A DNA stretch of 64,000 bases from Nostoc sp. (GTDB taxonomy: Bacteria; Cyanobacteriota; Cyanobacteriia; Cyanobacteriales; Nostocaceae): the NCBI GenBank assembly GCA_036918135.1, contig JBALDB010000047.1, positions 1 to 64,000 on the forward strand, written 5' to 3'. The notes under the pieces were generated by a model. The model searched no databases, was not told the DNA's origin, and saw only the letters and a list, made by a program, of their open reading frames with translations. The translations under genes were made by a program, and so were the position numbers. Of the stretch, positions 48,595-58,175 are shown piece by piece. Positions within the stretch are counted from its first letter, which is position 1, and each line of letters opens with the position of its first letter.

Positions 48595-48669
48595 AGAAGA
48601 CTAACACCTTCACTAATTGATTGGTCTGGTTTTAGCTTGAAAGCTGACATCATCAGGTAATTTTTCCTG

Positions 48670-48797
48670 AATTACGTCTAATGTGAATTGAGACTTGAAA
48701 ATCTTTCGATTTCGTTGATGATTCCAAAATTACTATTTTTTCCAAGCCTGGAAACCCTTGGAGAAATGGAATTTTTCAAGTCACATCACGCGTAATT
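48670..48797. mobile_element. MITE with imperfect terminal inverted repeats
   Basis: aattacgtctaatgtga..cttgaaaa / ttttcaagtcacatcacgcgtaatt. Confidence 0.6.
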
Positions 48798-48923
48798 TTG
48801 GAGAATATATTAGGAATGGCGATCGCTCACTCAGTCTAACAGATGAGATGAGCGATCGCTTTTAGGTAACTTGCAGAAATAAATGATTATAGTTAATTTT
48901 TGACTGTCAGCCCACAATTATTT

Positions 48924-50105
48924 ATGATTGAAGCACAGGAATTTGTCGAAGCTGCTCGTAATTTTGGTTTTGATTGGTATACTGGCGTACCCTGTTCTTT
49001 TCTGACGCCATTTATTAACTACGTGATTAATGACCCTCAACTGACTTATATTTCCGCAGCTAATGAGGGAGATGCTGTGGCGATCGCAGCCGGAGCTACA
49101 ATTGCTGGTAAATATGCAGTGGTGATGATGCAAAATTCTGGTTTGGGGAATGCAGTTAACCCCCTGACTTCACTGACTTATATCTTTCGGATTCCACTGT
49201 TAGTTATTTGTACGCTAAGGGGCGATTATAATTTGCAAGATGAACCGCAACATGAATTAATGGGGCAAATCACAGACAAATTGCTGGAAACTATGACTGT
49301 ACCTTGGGAATTTTTCCCCACAAACGCAGCAGAAATAGAACCAGTCTTGCAAAGAGCTACAGCTTACATGAAAAAAGAGCATCGTCCCTATGCTTTAATT
49401 ATGCGTAAGGGAACAATTGCGCCCCATGCACTCACCCGTTCTTCTATCCACAAACGCGAAGATAACAGTGACGCTCATATTCAGCAAAGCTTTTTTCGAG
49501 GTAACCAAGAACAACGCATTTCCCGCAGCCAAGCTTTAGCTCGAATTATGGAACTCGTTGATACTGAAAATACTGTCATAATTGCTACTACAGGATATAC
49601 TGGGCGCGAACTCTTCGCCAGTAAAGACAGCGCCAATCATCTGTATATGGTCGGGTCAATGGGTTGCGCTTCCTCAATGGCTTTGGGACTTTCTTTAGCA
49701 CGGAAAGACCTCAAGGTAGTGGTGATTGATGGCGATGGTGCAGCATTGATGCGAATGGGTAATTTTGCGACTATCGGTACTTATGGCGGTGCTAATTTAA
49801 TCCATATTCTCTTAGATAATGAAGTCCACGATTCCACAGGCGCACAAGCCACCGTCTCTTTTGGTATCTCCTTTGCCAAAATTGCCGAAGCCTGCGGTTA
49901 TGGCGTCATGTTAGCCGGAGACGACCCCGCGCTTTTAGATGTTTTATTTACCGCAGATACCAAAACTAGACCAAAATTTGCTCATCTAAAAATCCGTCCC
50001 GGAACCCTAGAAAAGCTACCCCGACCCAACCTCGCCCCAGAAGCAGTTTTGCAACGCTTCATGAAACATATTAAGGAAGTAGAGACTGATACCGTTTCAC
50101 TTTAA
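48924..50105 (+). CDS. aepY: Phosphonopyruvate decarboxylase; ATG start at 48924
   Basis: GVPCSFL, ANEG, MQNSGLGNAVNPL, DEPQH, YMVGSMG, DGDGAALM. Confidence 0.93.
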   Translation: MIEAQEFVEAARNFGFDWYTGVPCSFLTPFINYVINDPQLTYISAANEGDAVAIAAGATIAGKYAVVMMQNSGLGNAVNPLTSLTYIFRIPLLVICTLRGDYNLQDEPQHELMGQITDKLLETMTVPWEFFPTNAAEIEPVLQRATAYMKKEHRPYALIMRKGTIAPHALTRSSIHKREDNSDAHIQQSFFRGNQEQRISRSQALARIMELVDTENTVIIATTGYTGRELFASKDSANHLYMVGSMGCASSMALGLSLARKDLKVVVIDGDGAALMRMGNFATIGTYGGANLIHILLDNEVHDSTGAQATVSFGISFAKIAEACGYGVMLAGDDPALLDVLFTADTKTRPKFAHLKIRPGTLEKLPRPNLAPEAVLQRFMKHIKEVETDTVSL

Positions 50106-50231
50106 AATTGATGCAAATGGCAGCAGGGGAGCAGGGAGCAGGGGGCAGGGGGAAAGAATTAAATACCAATCATTTGTATTAAATATTTCGTGAAATGGTA
50201 TGAGAGAGACGCGGGGACGCGGGGAATAACT

Positions 50232-50278
50232 AATGACCAATGACAAATGACAAATGACCAATGACAAATGACAAAATG
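50232..50278 (+). repeat. STRR heptamers (aatgacc/aatgaca) running into the start codon of the aminotransferase
   Basis: aatgacc-aatgaca-aatgaca-aatgacc-aatgaca-aatgaca-aaatg. Confidence 0.85.
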
Positions 50279-51352
50279 ATTTTACTAAATCCGGGCCCTG
50301 TTAATTTGAGCGATCGCGTCAGAAATGCGCTCTTATGTCCCGATTTGTGTCATCGGGAAGTGGAATTTTCTCAACTTCAAAGTAAAATCCGCGAACAATT
50401 ACTTCAAGTTTATGACTTAGAAGGCGATCGCTGGGCAGCAGTTTTACTGACGGGTTCTGGTACAGCAGCGATGGAAGCTATGGTCAGCAGTTTAGTACCC
50501 AGGAATGGGAAATTGCTGGTAATTGAAAACGGCGTATATGGTGAACGATTATCTAAAATTGCTAAAATCCACGAGATTAATTACATCACTCTTTCCCACC
50601 CTTGGGATGCTGAAATAGATATCAAGGGTTTAATTAAACTCCTGGATGAAAACGCCGACATCACTTACCTTGCTGTTGTCCATCACGAAACTACTACTGG
50701 TCGCTTGAATAACTTGGTGGAAGTTGCTGCGATTTGTCAACAACGCCGCATCGAACTATTAGTAGATGCAGTTAGCAGCTTTGGTGCTGAGGAACTGAAT
50801 TTTAGAGATTGGGGAATTACCGCTTGTGCTGCAACGGCGAATAAATGTCTGCATGGTGTTCCTGGAACCTCTTTTGTCATCTTGCGACGCGATGTACTGC
50901 CGTCAGCAAACACAATCCCTCGCAGTTTATATTTAGATTTAGCAACCTATTGCCAACAGCAAGATAAAGGCGGTACACCTTTTACTCAATCAGTACAGAC
51001 ATTTTATGCTTTAGCAGAAGCTTTGCAAGAAATGGTAGAAGCAGGAGGATGGCGTGCTAGACACAGCTATTACAGCCAACTGGCAAACTTAGTTAGAAAC
51101 GGCTTAGCCTCAATCGGAATTAAACCTTTACTTCCCGAAGGAAGTTCATCTGTAGTTTTGAATGCCTACTATTTACCAGATAATTTCAGCTATGAAGAAT
51201 TTCACGACCAACTCAAAGCCCAAAATTATGTAATTTATTCTGGACAGGGAAATTTCTCAAAATCTATCTTTCGAGTATCGACAATGGGAGCTATTACCCA
51301 AGCTGATATGGAACGATTTCTTAGTGTTGTTGAAGAAATTATATCAAAGTAA
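50261..51352 (+). CDS. aepZ: 2-aminoethylphosphonate aminotransferase (AepZ/PhnW family, class V PLP); ancestral start probably 50276
   Basis: LLNPGP, GSGTAAME, VHHETTTG.LN, VDAVSSFG, ANKCLHGVPG; follows ppd. Confidence 0.9.
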   Translation: MTNDKMILLNPGPVNLSDRVRNALLCPDLCHREVEFSQLQSKIREQLLQVYDLEGDRWAAVLLTGSGTAAMEAMVSSLVPRNGKLLVIENGVYGERLSKIAKIHEINYITLSHPWDAEIDIKGLIKLLDENADITYLAVVHHETTTGRLNNLVEVAAICQQRRIELLVDAVSSFGAEELNFRDWGITACAATANKCLHGVPGTSFVILRRDVLPSANTIPRSLYLDLATYCQQQDKGGTPFTQSVQTFYALAEALQEMVEAGGWRARHSYYSQLANLVRNGLASIGIKPLLPEGSSSVVLNAYYLPDNFSYEEFHDQLKAQNYVIYSGQGNFSKSIFRVSTMGAITQADMERFLSVVEEIISK

Positions 51353-52562
51353 CTTTTTGAGTCGGAGTATAACTCGGCAAAACTTGAGCAAGTTTTGCAT
51401 CATCTATATACAGATGACGTTCCAATACAGTAGAAATAATATCTCGAAAATCAGTAGTGATTGCTAAGTCTCGCTGTTGATATAGTTGGCTTGTCGATAG
51501 ACCAGGCCATTTACCATAAACTTTACCACCACGAACACCGCCCAAAACCCACATCACATTTCCATGTCCGTGGTCAGTGCCACCATTACCATTTTCTTCG
51601 ACTGTACGACCAAATTCGGACATTACCATAATTACTGTGTTTGGATAAACTGCTCCTAAACCTTTTACTAAAACTGCTAAACCATCTCCTAGTTTTTGCA
51701 AGTCTTGTGCCAACTGTCCTTGACTACTACCCTGATTAACGTGGGTATCCCAACCACCCAAAGCCATGAATCCAAGCTCAATTCTGGGGTCTTTCACCAT
51801 TAATTTTGCCAGCCGTTGAGCATCTCTAGCAAAGCCATAGGGTAAAGGCGCGCCATTATTCGCCATTTTCATTTCTGCATCTAAGTCATTCATTAAAGCC
51901 TGACGTGCCATTTTGCCCTCACGATAGGTCTGACTCAAGGCATCATTACTACTATAAAGTTTGTCAAAGGCGGTTCTAACTTGGGGACGATCGAGTGGTA
52001 GACGCGTGCTAGAGTTGTTACCTAATGCTAAATTGGCTACAGGCATTCGCCCAGATAAAATTGCAGGTGTCGTTGGGCCTACACTCACCGCTTGAATTGG
52101 TGTATGTCCAGAAAGTACGCCCAATAGCCGATTCATCCAACCATCATCACTTCGTTTGACACCAGGAATACCACTTTCCATATAGAATTGAGCATCAAAG
52201 TGCGATCGCGTTGGGTCTGAAGAACCAGATGCATGAACAAATGCTAAACTTTTGTCCTGCCAAAAGGGCATCAAGGCCGCCAACGCTGGATGCAATCCAA
52301 AACGCCCATCTAAATCTAAAACTCCTCCCTCCTTTCCAGGTTGGGGTATGGCAATTTTTGGTCTTGCTTGATAATAAGCTGTTTCTGAGTAGGGAACTAC
52401 TACACTTAAACCATCTACTGCTCCCCGGAGAAAGATAACAATTAATCGTTTTGGGTTACTGTTGGAAGTAGCGGATCTGGCTATCCAAGCATTGCTACTG
52501 ATAGCTGCAATGGCTGAAGCAGAAAATATTCCCGATTGAATTAAAAAATCACGTCGTTTCAT
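51339..52562 (-). CDS. DUF1501 family Tat-exported protein
   Basis: MKRRDFL; FLRGAVDGL, RSHFDAQ, GGWDTH, SEFGRT..EN..GTDHG. Confidence 0.92.
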   Translation of the reverse strand: MKRRDFLIQSGIFSASAIAAISSNAWIARSATSNSNPKRLIVIFLRGAVDGLSVVVPYSETAYYQARPKIAIPQPGKEGGVLDLDGRFGLHPALAALMPFWQDKSLAFVHASGSSDPTRSHFDAQFYMESGIPGVKRSDDGWMNRLLGVLSGHTPIQAVSVGPTTPAILSGRMPVANLALGNNSSTRLPLDRPQVRTAFDKLYSSNDALSQTYREGKMARQALMNDLDAEMKMANNGAPLPYGFARDAQRLAKLMVKDPRIELGFMALGGWDTHVNQGSSQGQLAQDLQKLGDGLAVLVKGLGAVYPNTVIMVMSEFGRTVEENGNGGTDHGHGNVMWVLGGVRGGKVYGKWPGLSTSQLYQQRDLAITTDFRDIISTVLERHLYIDDAKLAQVLPSYTPTQKVTLI

Positions 52563-52605
52563 ATTTCAAAATCCTCAGTTATCAGGTGTTGGGCTGTAGC
52601 GGATT

Positions 52606-54114
52606 TTAACGTTGCATAAATTCAGGACTACCTAAGATTAATGCCGCCCTCAGTTGTGGAGGACTGGAGGCGATCGCACTTTGGGTTCGAGGAGAAAAAG
52701 AATTACCCAATGTATCGGCTAGTTGTAAAGCATCTACAGGTTGAATGGGATTAATTTGGTCGTTGTTATCTTGCTCCATCGGTATTGTCGATAGCTGCAA
52801 ACGCCCAGAAGCGATCGCAGTCGCAAAGCCCAGACGGCGGTTCATTGCCTCCGGATTCAACCATGCTTGTTGGGTGTTTTTATAACCTTCTGGAGTTTGA
52901 TAGCCATAGAGGGGCATTCCCAATTGTTGTAATATCTTGACAATTGGTTTGGTATTTTTTACTTCGCTACCCGTTGCCCGTACCGCAGATATAGCATATT
53001 CATAAGGCGTTTTGAATTTGGTATTGAAGTTTTTCGAGTCCCAAAATTCTTTACTGTGGAATAAGGTATCTAACACAGCACGAATATCGCCATCGGTGGA
53101 TAGAAACCGCTCTGTCAGATGGTCTACTAAAGCACTAGGCGGGTTATCCTGGACAAAATACTGAGCTAATTTGTAACTTATATGATGTGCTGTAGCGGGA
53201 CTGCGAGCTAAAATATCTAGGGCTTGTTCTCCCTCAGCCATCCCACTGCCCTTAATTGTCTGCTTGAGGAAAACTTTGTCACTAAAATCATGCCGCTTCG
53301 GGTCGAAGTAAAATCCCGAACTATCATTTATCTGCTGCTTAGGACGACTAAATCCCCAACCAGTTAAAATTCGTGCTAAAGCAATCACATCTTGCTGGGT
53401 ATAGCCGCCATCCACGCCAAGGGTGTGTAACTCCATTAGCTCGCGGGCGTAATTCTCGTTCAAACCCTGGAATCTCCCACGAGCGCCAGGGCTACCGGGA
53501 GCAGTATTCTGCCAATTGTCTAAGTAAAATAGCATCGCTGGATGGCGAGCCGTCGCTGCCAATAAATCACGAAAGCGACCAAGGGCGTAGGGTCTAATTG
53601 CTTGTTGTTCGTAAGCACCCACCAACAAGCGATCGCGTCCTTTGTTTGCATATACATTGAAGTGGTTATACCAGAAGTCCACCATCACTTCTTGTAGTTG
53701 TCTGTTACTTGTAGTCGCTTGTAATAATCGTGCCTGCACTGACTCTGCTAACACTTCTCTTGCTCTTTTTTGGGCAGCCTCTCTCTGTTCGGGAGTAAGT
53801 TTCTGTCCTGGAGAAGTTCTGCTGTATTCATTCAGTAGTTGTGCTGAACTCAGTTGTAAACTTTTTAGCTGTGAAAGCTGAGCGTTAAGACTTGGCGATT
53901 CCGGGATAGAATTGGGTGAGAGTTGTTGTTGAATGTAACGCTCTACACCCATCGACTCAACTTTTTGGATATCACCTGGGCGAGGGCCAAAACTGAGGCG
54001 ATTAATTATATGTATTACTTTGGGGTCAACAGGTGCGTTAGCTGCATTACTCGGAGCAATACCTCCTAGTGAGATAAATAGCAGCAATACTAAGTATTTT
54101 AGCTTCCAAGTCAT
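52606..54114 (-). CDS. DUF1800 family secreted protein; ATG start at 54114
   Basis: FWYNHFNV, HPAMLFYLDN, NENYARELMELHTLG, GSPEFM. Confidence 0.92.
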   Translation of the reverse strand: MTWKLKYLVLLLFISLGGIAPSNAANAPVDPKVIHIINRLSFGPRPGDIQKVESMGVERYIQQQLSPNSIPESPSLNAQLSQLKSLQLSSAQLLNEYSRTSPGQKLTPEQREAAQKRAREVLAESVQARLLQATTSNRQLQEVMVDFWYNHFNVYANKGRDRLLVGAYEQQAIRPYALGRFRDLLAATARHPAMLFYLDNWQNTAPGSPGARGRFQGLNENYARELMELHTLGVDGGYTQQDVIALARILTGWGFSRPKQQINDSSGFYFDPKRHDFSDKVFLKQTIKGSGMAEGEQALDILARSPATAHHISYKLAQYFVQDNPPSALVDHLTERFLSTDGDIRAVLDTLFHSKEFWDSKNFNTKFKTPYEYAISAVRATGSEVKNTKPIVKILQQLGMPLYGYQTPEGYKNTQQAWLNPEAMNRRLGFATAIASGRLQLSTIPMEQDNNDQINPIQPVDALQLADTLGNSFSPRTQSAIASSPPQLRAALILGSPEFMQR

Positions 54115-54118
54115 AGAA

Positions 54119-54586
54119 TTAATTTTGCTTTGGCAACTGATTGGGTGCGGGTTTCTTGTACATGCGATCGGCAAATTTCTGACGTTGAGCGGGATTTAAG
54201 ATTTCGCGGATGGCAAGAGTATTCTCAAACTGAGCATCAGCAAGCTGCTGTTTTATAACTTTGATTTGGTTGTATTTATCGCGTACCTGTTGAGTGGAAG
54301 CCGTCCCCGCTATCAGGTCACGTAATTCCTGTTGTGCTTGACGCACTGCCTGCCTTTTTTGCGTCATCTGCTGTTTTGATTGAGTGCGAATCTGCTTAAT
54401 TTGTTGTATTTGCTGTGGTGTCAAGCTCAAATCTTTAATCCATCCCCCTGTGCGATGCCCAGGAGGCGAATTTGTAGGGATTTGAGCAATGACTTGGTGT
54501 GATAAAGTTGGTTTGGTCAAAGCGATCGCACTACCACCAAGAGTAATAATCATAGCTGCGGCGATCGCTACACGATTTAACAACAT
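54119..54586 (-). CDS. Spy/CpxP family periplasmic chaperone/accessory protein
   Basis: Signal peptide; LSLTPQQ and ILNPAQR (LTxxQ) motifs. Confidence 0.85.
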   Translation of the reverse strand: MLLNRVAIAAAMIITLGGSAIALTKPTLSHQVIAQIPTNSPPGHRTGGWIKDLSLTPQQIQQIKQIRTQSKQQMTQKRQAVRQAQQELRDLIAGTASTQQVRDKYNQIKVIKQQLADAQFENTLAIREILNPAQRQKFADRMYKKPAPNQLPKQN

Positions 54587-54616
54587 CAAAGTTAGCTCCC
54601 TTAAATTTTAAGTAAA

Positions 54617-54955
54617 TTAATCGCTATTTAAATTTGTAAAATGCCACAGATCGCTTTCTGGATATTCGTTAACAGTACCTTGCCAATTACTTTCGATAAA
54701 AGTTTGCAAAGTGGCAAGTTCGGCCTCGCTCGGTTTGGCAGGCACTAAGGCACGGTAGCTGACAAAAGCAGCTACTAATCCAGCTGCAATCACAGGTGGA
54801 ACTAGCCAAAGCCGGGAATGATGAGGTAAAGGTTGAATTGATGTTTCCACCTGTTGGAGAATTTTCTGTGACAAATCAGGGGAAGCTGGGGGAACTTCTG
54901 GGCGATGTTGACGCACAAAGTTAACCAAGTCTCGGTCATCATCAGGATTAGTCAT
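54617..54955 (-). CDS. Probable single-TM anti-sigma factor
   Basis: Overlaps the ECF stop (ATGA); short cytoplasmic N-terminus plus a TM helix. Confidence 0.7.
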   Translation of the reverse strand: MTNPDDDRDLVNFVRQHRPEVPPASPDLSQKILQQVETSIQPLPHHSRLWLVPPVIAAGLVAAFVSYRALVPAKPSEAELATLQTFIESNWQGTVNEYPESDLWHFTNLNSD

Positions 54956-55548
54956 AGCTGGACTCCTTGTTGCTGAAGAAATTGACGCATCGCAGCACGG
55001 GCATGGAATAGGCGAGACTTAACTGTTCCTATAGGAATGGCTAGAATTTCTGCAATCTCTTTTTGCGGAACTTCCTCTAGGTCATGTAAAACTATTATCG
55101 TGCGGTGGTCAAAGCTGAGATTTGCCAATCCCCGTTGGACTAAATCTTGATAATGCAAATTTATAATATTTGGGGCTTCTTGTTGCGTAGAAGTTTTTTC
55201 GCCCAAAGATTGCAATTGAGTCCGTCGCTGGACAGTTGCCTGTCGCTCGTCAGCAGCCAAATTCCAAGCAATTCGGTAAAGCCAAGTAGAAAATTTTGCA
55301 GTTTGACGAAACTTGGGCAGTCCTTTCCAAGCTCGTAAAAACACTTCCTGCACTATATCATCAAGGCAGGATGGATCGCATAGTTGATAGAGAATTGACC
55401 TTACCCTTTGCTGATGGCGACAATAAAGTTGCCCGTAGCTTTGGGTATCACCCCCCAGACACCGCTGTACCAAATAACTATCAATTTCGTTTTCTGATTT
55501 GCCGTTGAATTGGCTATCCCGTGAAACCTTGGTTGGCACAATTAACAC
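54952..55548 (-). CDS. ECF sigma-70 factor
   Basis: DDIVQEVFLRAW, FSTWLYRIA, EIAEILAIPIGTVKSRLFHAR. Confidence 0.93.
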   Translation of the reverse strand: MLIVPTKVSRDSQFNGKSENEIDSYLVQRCLGGDTQSYGQLYCRHQQRVRSILYQLCDPSCLDDIVQEVFLRAWKGLPKFRQTAKFSTWLYRIAWNLAADERQATVQRRTQLQSLGEKTSTQQEAPNIINLHYQDLVQRGLANLSFDHRTIIVLHDLEEVPQKEIAEILAIPIGTVKSRLFHARAAMRQFLQQQGVQL

Positions 55549-55588
55549 CTGAGGCGTTCTCCTGCATCCGTTTCGTGGCTTGTAATTA

Positions 55589-55617
55589 TTAGACCGGATG
55601 AGTAGGAGAAAGGTTCA
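55589..55617 (-). promoter_or_regulatory. ECF-type autoregulatory promoter
   Basis: Minus strand TGAACCT-N16-GTCTAA, about 40 bp upstream of the ECF start. Confidence 0.7.
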
Positions 55618-55650
55618 AAAGGGACTTCCAATTAAATAACTTTCAAGATT

Positions 55651-57942
55651 TCACTCTAGAGATAAAATTTCTTCCTCGTCTTCATGCAACAAACGTTTTT
55701 CAAACTCCTCCTCTAAAGTCTGCTTGCTAAAGTGAGGAAAAACTATGTCATAAAACAATTCTTGAACTGCTTTACCTTTATTTTTAAGCAAATGCTGATA
55801 ATCTTTTTCAACAGAATTTTTTCGTCTTTGACAACGTTCCTCTGCTGAAGACTGCTGCTGATGAATATCAGGTAGCCAAGTGGAGTGTATTGTCATGGCG
55901 AGATTCAACGGGTGTTCAGCATCTAGTCGAGCGCTCAGTCGGTAAATAGGTTTACTAAAATCATCTGCATAGAAAATCCAAAACTCATCTGTGGCACGGT
56001 CAGATTGAGTAGGGTCATCTGGATCTAACATCACAGCGCACACAATAAAGCCATGAATCGACTCATTTATATCTTCAGGACAGGGAAGAGAGCTAGGAAT
56101 AAATTGTGTTGAACTGACATAAGTTCCAGAGGGGAATTGATAAGAATCAGCAATTTTCATCTGCTGTGTATCTAAACGTAGCAGAGTAATTGGTTTGTTT
56201 TCCTCTGGTAATTTTTTAACTGGAACAACTCTACTTGGATCTGATTTGTAAGCATCATAGATGCGCTGAGGTATCAGTTCCCATGTAAACCCTAAAGATA
56301 GCCAGTAAATGTTTTTTACTTGTTGGGCTGTTTCTGTTAACGAATCGCGGTTGAGATCCCGATGAGTATATATAGATAGCGCCCAAGTTGATTCAGGATC
56401 TTGGACTGTTTTACAACTTTCTATTTGTCCTGTTTCTCCATCAACCACATATCGTCCTAGAGAACCTAAATCTGTCGAACCAACCATCATTCCCTCTAAA
56501 TCCTGACGAAATGACTTTCCTGGGACAGGGCGATCGTAATGTGTAATCCATTCAGTTACATCCCAACCGTTAACATGACCAACGTGAAGCGTAATTTTAC
56601 CATCGGGATTACTATAATCAGCAGCAAAATGCGAAATTTCCCGTGGAAGCTTCACTTTTTGAACAGTAATTTTGGGAATATTCTCAGGTATAGTTTCTGT
56701 AGGATTACCTTGATTTTCTTGCTCTAAGTCTTGGCGATTAACAATATATAAGTTAGCAAAGGGAAGAGGTCTAATACCCTGGAGAAAAATAGAATAAATC
56801 AATCTACCCAATGCCAGATTTTTACTATACTTCCATAATTTTAAAAATCCAAATAGAAAAGGTGAGAATATTTGAGAAAATTCCATCTTAAAAGCAATAT
56901 CACCTAGAATAATGTATTGCTCCGTTATTGCTAATTGATGTAGTGACTGTTCAACTAATACTGGTTGACCATCAGGTAATACTAATCGCCAACGTTCCAT
57001 TTTAGAATTTAAACCTTTTGGCACATCTTCAAATCTATATCGAATTAAATATGTAAAACGTCCAAGTTCCTGCCTGGGATTAAATTCTTGTCTAACCAAA
57101 AAATAAAATAACTTGATAAACTTTCGGAACCAGTGACTATCCAATACCCAGTTTACTTGGTCTTTAAATTTGCCATTATAACCTGTTGAATAATTGGTTG
57201 TGAAAAGCTCATCTTGTTTATTGTTTAATTTACTAACGTCAGTAACATAATGGGCTGAGTTAATATAAACCTCAAACATATTAATCCATGTCAGTTTAGA
57301 GATAACTGGAAAAATGCTGAACCACTCCTGTGTTGAACCTGCTGGTTCTAAAAGTTCCATGCTATCTGGGTCAAGTCGGTAAGGACGACCTGCATCAATT
57401 GTAAGTAAAAGATTGTCTCTAGACTTTAAGAATGCTGTATTTAATTGATTTCGGGAACCTAAAACAATACTAAAACGACTTTGTCCACCATCACGAAAAG
57501 CAGCAAAATAGGAAAATAATTTATATTTTTTTACAAAATATGAGCGGATTTTTTTATTCAAAATCCAATCTAATATATAAAATTTTGTGGCTGGATCTGC
57601 ATAGTAACAGGGAGTTTTGGCTATTCTAGTTTTGAGTATTGCTTTGCCATCTTCAAAGCCTAAGCGATAAACCATCCCATCACCTGTATACAGTTGCGTT
57701 CCCTCTTCGTCTGGTCTATCTTCAGCTTGAAATAAAGCTCCGACAATGAATGCATAACCATATAAACCTGGTGGTAATTCGGCCAATGGTAGTTCGGTTA
57801 GTGGAACGATTTTATCTTTATTTTCTTGTTTACGAATTTCAAGATTCCAGCAGTTTTCTTTCCGGCTGGTTTTAATCACAGATTTTGGAATATGAAAATT
57901 TTTTGAAGATTGTGGAATACAATTAGAATCTTTACTCACCAT
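55651..57942 (-). CDS. Atypical long carotenoid oxygenase (RPE65/CCD family)
   Basis: GDGMV, DAGRP, and four candidate Fe-ligand His (SAH, LHQ, SHF, IHSTW); 763 aa. Confidence 0.8.
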   Translation of the reverse strand: MVSKDSNCIPQSSKNFHIPKSVIKTSRKENCWNLEIRKQENKDKIVPLTELPLAELPPGLYGYAFIVGALFQAEDRPDEEGTQLYTGDGMVYRLGFEDGKAILKTRIAKTPCYYADPATKFYILDWILNKKIRSYFVKKYKLFSYFAAFRDGGQSRFSIVLGSRNQLNTAFLKSRDNLLLTIDAGRPYRLDPDSMELLEPAGSTQEWFSIFPVISKLTWINMFEVYINSAHYVTDVSKLNNKQDELFTTNYSTGYNGKFKDQVNWVLDSHWFRKFIKLFYFLVRQEFNPRQELGRFTYLIRYRFEDVPKGLNSKMERWRLVLPDGQPVLVEQSLHQLAITEQYIILGDIAFKMEFSQIFSPFLFGFLKLWKYSKNLALGRLIYSIFLQGIRPLPFANLYIVNRQDLEQENQGNPTETIPENIPKITVQKVKLPREISHFAADYSNPDGKITLHVGHVNGWDVTEWITHYDRPVPGKSFRQDLEGMMVGSTDLGSLGRYVVDGETGQIESCKTVQDPESTWALSIYTHRDLNRDSLTETAQQVKNIYWLSLGFTWELIPQRIYDAYKSDPSRVVPVKKLPEENKPITLLRLDTQQMKIADSYQFPSGTYVSSTQFIPSSLPCPEDINESIHGFIVCAVMLDPDDPTQSDRATDEFWIFYADDFSKPIYRLSARLDAEHPLNLAMTIHSTWLPDIHQQQSSAEERCQRRKNSVEKDYQHLLKNKGKAVQELFYDIVFPHFSKQTLEEEFEKRLLHEDEEEILSLE

Positions 57943-58175
57943 TTAATATATCTCCAACAAAAATACTTAATTAATCAAGAATAAAAATGTCCATTATCTT
58001 TTTGATAACCATAAAGATATTTAGCAAGTTAAATTCCCTAAATATTTGGGAAACTTCAACATTGGCATTGTGAAGAAAAATAGTTTATTATTAATAGATT
58101 AGATGAATGTAACTTAGCATACTATAGCTCTGTAATTTTATTAAGTAATTCTAAAGAATAACTACACTTGAAAAA

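Noticed and set aside
51339..52562. DUF1501 as the missing phosphonate transferase
   Set aside because: It is convergent, belongs to a separate ECF-controlled operon, and the only link is a 14-bp 3' overlap
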